Below are positions 53,635-64,000 of a stretch of 64,000 nucleotides of DNA, piece after piece. Below the pieces are notes generated by a model. It was not told the DNA's origin. It saw only the letters and a list, made by a program, of their open reading frames with translations, and ran no database searches. Each line of letters begins with the position of its first letter. Positions within the stretch are counted from its first letter, which is position 1. This DNA comes from Trichoplax adhaerens (lineage: Eukaryota > Animalia > Placozoa): contig NW_002060967.1 in the NCBI RefSeq assembly GCF_000150275.1, positions 124,001 to 188,000 of the forward strand, written 5' to 3'. A program made the position numbers and the translations under genes.

Positions 53635-56600
53635 GGCTGTAATTTTCATTGGATTTTGATTATTCTATTATTGTGATAGTACTGAAATTACTGAGTTACA
53701 CCCATGATTTAAAATTGTTTAAGGTGAAAATTTACATAAAATACGAGTATCCTCGTATATTTATTTAAGAGATCATTTACTAATCCATGATAGCGATTCT
53801 TAAGCTACAATACCCAAAATTGGAGAGTTTTAGTATTACTCAACTAGCTAATGTAAATATAGAATTGCGGTATGCTTTGGTAGTGTTTATAAGAAGAAAT
53901 GTCAACATAAATTGCACCATATTTATTGTAATTATTAAAATAGTAACAAATTTACTCCTTGTGTATAAATATTGTTATACATCGTGGCTTAATTCTCTAA
54001 ATAAACTAATATGTGATCTCTACATTTTCTGGTAAATTGAGTGATCAAAATGGAGAAGACTTATAGTTTTACCAGTTTTATTAAATTCTGAATTAGCATA
54101 ACATCAGTCACAAACATTTGCTATTTAAATTATCGTCTACATGTATTATATCGCCAAATTTGAAAATAACAACTTTACTACTAAATTCTGAAGAATAGAT
54201 TATTTGTAAATTGAAATAAACACTGTTTTCGTTATAATTATAATATAGCTATTTAAGAATGATAGTATAGTGGTATGCACTTATATCCAACGCACTATTA
54301 GTCTATTTGTGTAGAAGTTACAGTATGTATGATGCAGAATTCTTAAGAATGACCGAATATCAACTAAGTAATCCCTTGAAAAAAAATTATTATGAATTCA
54401 GATTTAATGTATGGTTAGCATTACATTGGTAAGACTTTGAAACATTTGAAAAGAATTATAATACCAATCATTCTTAAAATATTTATTATTTGTAAATAGA
54501 GATAGGCAATCTTACGAATAGAATTTTAATTTAATCACTGGAGAATAATAGTCATGCAGTTCTATATTAAGGTTATTAGTCTATTTATCCAGAAACTACA
54601 ATGTATACGATCTGACGTTATACTAAACATAGACCTGTCGTGAAAGAAATGGTTATAGAATCAGACATAATGGATGGTATTTATATAACATCGATAAAAT
54701 TTACTTTACTACAAGTTTCTCCGAAGAATTTGATAATTTATAAATAGAGATGAGCAGTCCTTTAATTAAAAGTTAAAACTTTTAATATTGCTAATCAGGA
54801 ATAATGTTACCATAGCCTATTTTTACAAATAAAGGACTATTAGCCTATATACACTTGAAAGATAATGACTAAACTACTGCTATTCTCGAAGAATTTGATC
54901 ATTTAAATAAATTGTGATAGATAGTTTTCCAAGTAAAAGTTCAGTATAACTTCTTAAAAATAATACTTCCGTATCGTACACTTAAATACAAAGGCATATT
55001 ATTCTATATTAATTTGAAAAATAAGAACTGCAAATATTCTAACAATCTCTACCAAGAATTTGACAGCTTGTAAATAGACATAAATAATCGTTCATGAAGA
55101 ATTTTACTATAACTATATACTCGATAACAATACTACTGTAGCCTATACTTAAACGTAAAGGACTAATAATTTCTATATATTTTAAAACGTTACCAATCTC
55201 TCTAGAGAACTTGATAATTTGTAATAAGAAATAGACAAGCTTCCAAATAGGATTTCAATATAACTACTTAAAAATGATACTATTGTAATCTACGCTTACA
55301 TGCTAACGAATCTTTTATCTAGACTTGCGATAAATGCAATATATAAGGTCTAGAATTTTTAAGAACTACTGAAAGTGGATCAGTTAATCCTTTGCAAAGA
55401 GGTCAAAATTCAGATACATATAATGTATGGTATCGACAATATTTGAAAACTAAGAATTATGCAGGATAGTAGTACTAGTCTCATTGAGGAATCGGACGAT
55501 TTGCGAATTAAAATGGCTCGTCTTCCAAATACAAATTATATTACTCTACTCATAATGATACTACTATAGTTTTTTACTTGTTAACAGATTGTTAGTCTAT
55601 TCTCTTCAATAGCAAAACATAAATCTTTGCTGAAATTAACAGTGCGGTGTAGAATTATTAGGATTTACTAAACACGAATCGAATAAAATCCCTAAAATTA
55701 CTGATTATAAAATCTGAGGTGATATAGTCACCTAAAAGAAACTAATCAGGAAGATAATCGAGAAAAAAGCAATGCTTTCGTAAGCATGTTGATTTATTTT
55801 AACTATTTTTATAATCCTACATCAAAGTATAGACAAACGAATTATTCGTTATCCATACTGACAAGCTTTGACCCTCTTCATTCTATCTAATATTAAATCA
55901 TACAGTATAGGATTTGTATCCTTAACGAACACATTTTGGACATTTTTGATTATTGTTCATTTCAATTTTCATCGTAGGATATGCAAGAATATACTATCAA
56001 CTAACACAAATTATTTGGTCTTTATTATTCTATTAGAAGCAACTTCTTTTATCAAATCAGATGCTGGATTGGCTAACGATAAGATTTGTGCGTAACTAGC
56101 CGATTTTTAATATTCTCTACGCTATTCTTACTTCCATTCTAAGCCTTAATCGAAAGCCAGGAAGCTTCATAATGATACCATAAATGTTTTTCCATTACTA
56201 TTATTCCTCATTATCGAGCATTAATTAGAATAAATATGGACATTTATTTTATTAGGATAAAATAACTTCGATTAGATCATCTCGATATTAAGCCTCATTT
56301 TTAATTAAAAAATTTTTAGTTAAATCATTCTAATAATCCAGATTATTTTAGGCAAACATGGAATATTAGTGTGCTTATTGAGTTAAATAAAAGGATTCTG
56401 ACGCTGTTCTTATACTTCTCAAAGCAACTGAGCTTGGAAACGTCAATGCAAAGAATATAATTGCTATCTTCTGTCCTATCCGATATAACATTAGGCATTA
56501 TGTCAACAAATGAGCAGGATATTAATTATTCCTTAAACTATGTTTCCTTCAATTATTTTTGATCTGCTTACTAAGACATTCTTTATATAAGTATTATTAT

Positions 56601-59600
56601 CCGTTTTCAAAGAATCAAATCAAATATTATAATTATTTGTTTTCGTTACAAAAATTTTCTTTCTTCTGTAGTCTTAAGTTGAAGGAGTCTATAAGTATGG
56701 GTAGATATATTATAATGCTAACATCTATTACCTAGTAAAAATCTTTATTTTCATCTTGGAATTTACTGGAATGGCTAGCGCTGATGAGTTCTCGTTTTAG
56801 GCGGCGAAAAATAGAAAAGAATTTGGAAACACTTCAAAATAGCCTAGCCGCAGACAGATTATAATTACATTATGACACGACGTGATAGCGAAAGTAGATA
56901 TACTTGTAGTTGCCTTTGTATTTCAGCTACTTTGATCTCAAGTACCATATTGACAAGAATTAGTTAGCTTCTATCTTAGATAGCAGTTGATTACTTCAAA
57001 CCTTTAGCCTAATTAATAATTCCCTTCTTGAGTTGCAGGACGAAATTCTTTCTACAAACCATAATAGAATTCTGATTTATCAATTATACCGCCCTACTAA
57101 TTACTAATTTTTCTACACAATTTAAAGTTTTTTTAGAATCAACTCGAAAGGTGTAACAAATGAAAAATTATATGAAATAATATTTCACGTCAGACAACTA
57201 GAATTGTCAACATCAAAGGTATTGTAAAAGTGGACATATATTAAATTACCGAAATAAAAGACATCTATTGAAAAGAAACTACAATAACGCAGTAACTACT
57301 GGTATTGTCATGATGAAAGTAGATTTCAGCTTTCATAGGACTCTTATTTAAAATAACAAATAATTTTATTTGTGCCAGGCTCTCTTTTCAAATTGTAGAT
57401 AGTAGCACATTGCATAGACATATATGGAGGAATAGGCTTTCATATTCGATAAATGTTTGTGCCGAATCAGACCCTAACCATACTTATTTTAAGTAGTATT
57501 AATATTTTTCAATTTCTAGACAACAATGACGCTAAGTAAAATATTTTATACTTGCGTCTGGACATGCCAGTTGATGATTGTGATGGCTCTAGAGAATTTT
57601 GTTTACTTTAACAATCTAAAGAAAGCCTACGGGTGTAAACATAATTAATGCTGAAGGTGTAAAGGAAAATAGGTCGTTAATAATCAAAGATATTTGTTAA
57701 AATACGACCATGTGAATAAAAAGACAAAATGCCACATCACTAGATAACCCTAACGAGCAGGATAAAATCCGAATACATCCCACTAAGGTAATTTCGTTAT
57801 AGATTCAAGAGATTATTTTGCATCCGAAATACTCTTGTACCAACAATGTCACATACATAAAATATTCTTGCAACTTTTTTAAATATTAGACTTGAAATTT
57901 AGGACACCGCAGTATTGGTAACGTAGGAAAATAAGAGACATTTTCATAACTTATTTTTGTACGGAATGGTCAATTAAGGTGCTATATTACGTTTTTGGGA
58001 CTTTTCTTTATCGTCCACTAAGCTGTATACCATGTCAGTGATATTTTTTGAAGAAAGCGCGATTTCGTATGTACACAACTCATATTCAAGGTTATGTTAG
58101 TAAACGAAAATTCATGGAATAAAATGTTGGCATAGTTTTATTTCCAATCTACAAAAAATAACTGCAAATAAAATGGGGAAATACTACACAGATAATTAAT
58201 GAAGCAGTTTATAGATCGTCATAAATTAAAAAAACACTACGTACGTTATTTATATGAATAGTTACGCGATTTCCACTTGTATGCGAACCTACATAGAAAT
58301 ATAACATTAATTAAGTTTATTCCTACTAGTCCAGATCTCGTACTCTACTACAAATTTAAAAATTGACCGTTGCTGAATTGTATATTAAAGCAATTAGCAG
58401 ATTACAGAAGTTGAACCACCGTAATTTAGCTTGAGTTTCCAAACTTAATTACAGCTTTATATTAACGTAATTGCTAAAAGGACTCATTTTAGTGGAGGTT
58501 GAAGGTATTGAAATTGATTACTGTAATTTTACATTGACCGTATAGATTAATTAATTTTACAAAAAGGATATATCATACAGTCTATAGTATCTTGCAGTTA
58601 GGAAATAAGCTATCCGTAAAGTACTCTAAACCTGCATTTACCAATTTTAACGCAATACTTAATCTCAGAAATTAATTTCCGAGGTATATTTGTTTACCTC
58701 ACAGATTTATTAACATGGGAATAAGTACATGTGATACAGTCTATCTTGATCCCAGTAATAAATTGCTTAAACATTCTGTTTACACCACAAACTAATCACT
58801 GTAATTCAAGTAAAAGGACAATTAGCCATGGTCGATCTTCAATGCAGAAGAATGAATATTTGCTCTAGAAATGGATTCAATGAAATATTAACAATTCATA
58901 TAAAGGATATGAATATGTGTTATTCTAAGCCTGCAAATTATTTGCTATATTTACGATATCACTTATTCACTAAGAAGACTATGATTATTACATCCATTAT
59001 CGCAATGTAGAAAATGAACTAATCTACAGTATAATATATGTATTCTTATACAGCATTATCCAATATCATATGCCTAATTACGAATACTTTCACTACAGAC
59101 CATTAACGCTAAAGAATGCCAAGATATTCTATCCATCCACAAATGCCAATAGCGATACGAAACAATTTGCTAGGGATAAATAGACCATCCATTTCCATAG
59201 GATAATACGTGAGAAAAAGTATTCGGGAAATCCGCCTACCATTTTAGATAACGTATAGGTACTAGTAAATTAATTATTGTAATCAAAGTACGCTGCTTAA
59301 TACAAATTTAGAAACAACTCTTGTGTAGAAAAAAAAAACGTGATATAATCAGCTGCGGTATTTATTAGAATACAAAAATAATCAAATATGATGAAGCAAA
59401 GCGCTATTTCTCCATCTTTAAAAATCCATCTAGTTAACATATTTTGGGCAAAAAAATAGAGATTTCTTGTAAAGGCGTGTCTAGCCTATAAGGCATCAAA
59501 TCACCGTCACAATCCTATTAATCTACCGATGATTATCGTGGAAATAGACCGTGGATGGTCTAATAAGGTTTTCCGTAATGTCTTTAACTTTTTCTTTTGT

Positions 59601-62160
59601 AAATTAAACGGAGTAAGAACAAGAAAAAACAATAATACCATTACACATCAAGCCGGTAAACAATATTTTAAAAAAGCCGAAAATACACTAACAAAATTTT
59701 AGCACTATATTCCTTACATATGATTCCTTACATATGATAATGATCAGTAACTAAATGGTGGGGAAAAAAAAGTGGAATCAATTGATCATCCACAAAGCCT
59801 TCCATGGCATTGTTATTTATCCGGTCAAAACTTTAGTATTTTATATTATTATTAAATTAAGGAATGAAATCAAATTTTCTATTCTATGCATGATATTAAT
59901 ATAATACAGGGTTAAACGGATTCTATTAATTAATACCCATACATCAGACGAAAAGGTAAACTATACTTTCTTGCATTGTAATGAACTAAAGGGATAATTT
60001 GCCCGGACCTTATTACTGCTTATTAAAAGAAGAATTTAACATTTGTATCTTGCAATCAAATTTTGTTCTCCAAATGGTAAATAGCCTTAACAATATTAAA
60101 AAACAACAGAATTGTTTCAATAAAGAAGGGTAGCAATGTTGCATGACTAGAACGTTGCCTTTTTATTAATCACTACCATTCGATTTTATTCTTAGTAGGG
60201 ACTTCGTTTCTTGGACTGCTTTACGCAGAAATTTATATTTTTCTCCCATAAGTCAACTGTAGTATTCAAAAGTAGCGAATTATCAGAGTGGACATAAACG
60301 AATAGTTATCACGTACAGTTATCTGAACTATCACACTACTCGTATAATGTATACGGCAAGTATTTTGCGTGAAATTGTATCGTTGATCGGCTTCGCTTTC
60401 ATTAATAGCTAGCTCAATTTTTTTAATCATGCAGTATTTTGCTAATAGTAGCAGTTAATGTAATTTATGGACAGTATATTTTCAGCTGGATTATAGATTT
60501 AAGGGAAAATTAACAAACAGAAGATAAATTGCCTTTATTTCAGAAATTTAATTGTAAATAACAAGTCGCGCTTACCTCATCGCATGAATGATCACTTCCA
60601 CTTCTGTGAAGATCATGCAAATTACTGTATATAAGAAACAACTATGATAGCCTAACATAGATATCACGGCTAGATTGCTTTGATATGACTAACCTTAGTA
60701 GGATTGTACGAGAACTTGAAGTATTCAATTCTATATCTAATCGAATTTCATTTTATTATTTTATCATTAGACATAACTCTATCGAATAGTAGGTAGTTAT
60801 TCTTTCTAAACGAAAAAAGTGCTTTGCAGTTCTTTAAAATTAATCCATAACGATGATCTTCCCCTTTTTTGAACCATACAAAGGTCAAATAGGCCTAGTG
60901 ATTGCATTGTTCTATTAATTATTGCAATTATGATACTGTAGAATAGCTATGGTTATTAGGTCTTTAGTTAATTTCGATTATCTTTTATTACCAGTAATAT
61001 CATGAAATTGGATAGGAAGTTAGCCTATTCCTATCCGTAAACAGTAACTGAAATGTTTAATAAATTATGAAATCGAAAGATGACTTTTCATGCGTAAATA
61101 TTTTCTGCCATATTAAATTAATAATTCAATCAATAACCAGAGGTAACATAACCTTTTTCAATTAACATTCTCCAATTCCTACAATAGCTAGTGCTGATTG
61201 GTGTATACTTATAATAGGGGGAAATTTTGTCATTAATTGTACTACATATTATTTAGAACTATTTGGATCGCAGATCTACGATGTTGGCCTGGAAAAATTC
61301 CTTAGATTGACTAACATTCACTCGTATATTTACTTAAATTCACTTATATCCATGATATTTTGCTACTGTTTTGACCTACTGATGAAGTTAAGAGATAGTT
61401 TTACTTTTGACTACGGCCAATTTATATTAATAAAAGGGTGCGTTAGTTAATGGTCGTTATCAAGAAATCAAACAGTCATATTCTAGCGTCTTACACATAT
61501 TTTGGCCCATGATCGATTGGTTCATTACCAATCTGTTAAAATCATAGCCGAGAGTTAGGGTATTTTAAAGTTTTAGAGTTAATTTTGTTGTAAACTCATG
61601 ATACTGTAGCTATAATGAGTTCGAATAATGAAAGCCATTGCATACCGTTTAGAAATTAATGGCTATTCCTATTCTATTCATACGGTCCGATCGATTAACT
61701 TGAAGTCATCATGGAATACTTCAGTACAATATTGCACCTGATAGAATAACTTGTTAGATAACTTCAAATTCAAATAATGCTCAATTTTATAACAACAATC
61801 TAACCAAATTTTTCAATTTTTGTTGCTGATTTTTTTCAACTGCTATTCTTAGGTTCTTAACTTCCTCATTTCATGTATTGATCCTCCACAACAATGCTAG
61901 TCACCATACGCCTAGAATGTCTTCAATTTCCAATTTTGTGAGTCTTGTATAAGAATTGTTCGCATTTTAGGATTATGCGATAGTGAAAAATGATGGAACT
62001 GTAATTTCTACTTTTCTATGACAATAGAAGACTGTTACGATATTTTAATTGATTTTATGGTGTAGCCAAGCCATGAAATGATTACCTCAATCATAATTTA
62101 GCTAAACCAATAGTAGCTGTGTTTGTGAGTATAGTGCAAATGATACTGTAGAATCCAATG

Positions 62161-62178
62161 TTAGGGTTAGGGTTAGGG
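62161..62178 (+). repeat. Short interstitial (TTAGGG)3 telomere-type repeat
   Basis: ttagggttagggttaggg, perfect, in an AT-rich background. Confidence 0.6.
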
Positions 62179-64000
62179 CCATATTAACAATTTTTATCAA
62201 AGAGAGATTTTATAAACTTATCATTACATTGTTTGTATCCAGATAATACGTGTATACACCTTTTCATGTTTGGCTAGTCATTATAATGCATTGCTAATTC
62301 TTTTATCTATCAGCACGAAAATTTAATTCTTGGTCAACTGCCCTGTTATATTGCAGCATTGGAACTTCTCATGTGGCCCATCAGAAGGCCAAAGTGTAAA
62401 GTTTCGAAGCTGTAATATTTCAATGAATGGTATTTGCTGCGATTTATCATGCATTATTTTGTAAGGTAAATTATCAAGAGTCATTAATGAATATATTAAT
62501 ATTAAAGATCTTCATTCATTTTTGATAGAAATATGAACGTTGAGATTGATAGTTTCGCTAAAACTCTCTTATCTTAATTAAGAGAAAAATTACAAACGTA
62601 CCTATAGCATTTCAAGATTAATAAGAAAAAGTTGGATGGAATATTAGACAATTTTAACTCTAGAAAATAATTGAAAGCAACGCTTTGTTGTATAAATTTG
62701 TTTCTATTCATTGCATCCTACATTGAATTGAATAAAAATTTCTTTTATCACTTCAGTTTAAGTAATCAACGTAAATAAAAGGTATGCAATGAAAAGTATG
62801 CTTTTTGATTTTGTATTCTGTCTTTGAAAGTATATTAAGAAATGACAAAATTATTTCTTGTTTACTTTCCTATTCTATATAAATGTGTAATTCTAATTAC
62901 TTCTTCGTTTTTCTATTTGGAGGGTGAGAAATAGTTTTATCGGCGTAAAAGTCCGAAATTGATCATTCTCGAAGAGTTACAGAATTGTGGGTGACATGTT
63001 TTCTTGGGATAAACTCAATTTTACTATGACAAGGCTTTGGGATGGGAGTTTGTTTTCTATGATTGCCAACACCTTTGTGTCATTAGTAGTTTTGAAGGTA
63101 TAAGCAAAGGAATTCATTTGTAAGTAGACTAGGGCGGAATGAGGCAAAAGACATTCTATTAAGCAGCATTCCTCTACGTGTATCTTAGTACTATGGCCAC
63201 TGTGTTGTACCGTCATCTTTTTAATGAATTACGGATTCAGGCTAATTAAAGAGGCGAATGATTTACGCAACCATAGCAGCAATCAGATTTGAAATCGATT
63301 ACGCGTATATCCTGTACGTATATTGAACGTATATGTTAATACCTTCGTTAGAAGTAGTTTTTTTCTCTTAGTGGACTAGTATTTCAATCATGGCATGATA
63401 TATTAATAGAGACAAAGTTTCGATTCTATTAGCAGAATTAAAACTGGGTAGATTTGCAATGAATGCGATAGCTCAGTTATTAAAGTTAGAAATTCTTCTA
63501 TTTTGACTGGAGTGAGATTTGTTTTTAGCAGTGGTCGACGCACCATGGCTCCGCACCGTTGCACTAAAGTTCACATCGCTAGTCAAAATGATGTACAGTA
63601 TAAAACACGGCAGCACTTGACGTCGTTGATTGTATTTCAAGTTAGTATAAGTTTTAATTATTATTACTCATGAATTGGGCAGTGATGTTCGCCGTTAATA
63701 AAATTACCCGTAAAAGATGTATTGATACTCCAAAATAAATGAGAACAAATACATGTCGAACATATTCTTTTCACAATGAAGGGGATTACCCCCTCCCATC
63801 AGCCCCTATATAAATCTAGAAAGAGGGACATTTTTAATATTCAAAGTAGCCCGTGCACTCATTGATTAACAATAATTGCTGTAGGTAGGTACTGTCTGAA
63901 ATCGATAAATAATTGGCAATATTGAAAAAATGGCGTGATGAAATAGCCTGCATGCAGTTTTGATGCACCGCAAGAGGGCAAATCATAAGTACATGTCACT

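Larger units (their letters stand above)
34000..55700 (+). repeat. Tandem segmental duplication: ~34.0-42.3 kb vs ~46.1-54.2 kb, and 42.3-45.9 kb vs 52.25-55.7 kb
   Basis: Introns and flanks align as well as exons, e.g. cacaaa.tccaatcgaattg at 36718/48992, taatctacgcttacatgctaa at 45477/55286, and the 3' flanks at 41600, 43720 and 53650. Confidence 0.88.

Noticed and set aside
55700-64000. Short ORFs (55868, 58828, 62977) and a TATATAAA at ~63807
   Set aside because: No family motifs or coherent exon chain. TATA-like words are common in AT-rich DNA.

Overview
AT-rich, intron-containing animal DNA. The compact GT-AG introns and base composition are compatible with a placozoan or similar early-branching metazoan, but this is inference only. 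The ORF track mostly shows isolated exons. Splicing them by hand, with consistent intron phases, reconstructs a tandem cluster of four apparently intact + strand genes of about 545-560 aa. All four share one architecture: signal peptide, anosmin-1-like cysteine-rich box, FN3-like beta domain, single TM helix, and a cytoplasmic TIR-superfamily domain with SEFIR (IL-17 receptor-like) features. The cluster also holds a 5'-truncated pseudogene (42.3-43.7 kb) and a decayed copy whose exons lie inverted between two ~270 bp inverted repeats while its last exon lies outside them (26.4-32.7 kb). A divergently oriented CARD-domain gene sits at the left end, and between it and receptor 1 is an array of palindromic hairpin repeats. 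No gene was recognised at 55.7-64 kb. All domain calls are motif recognition by eye; no searches were run.
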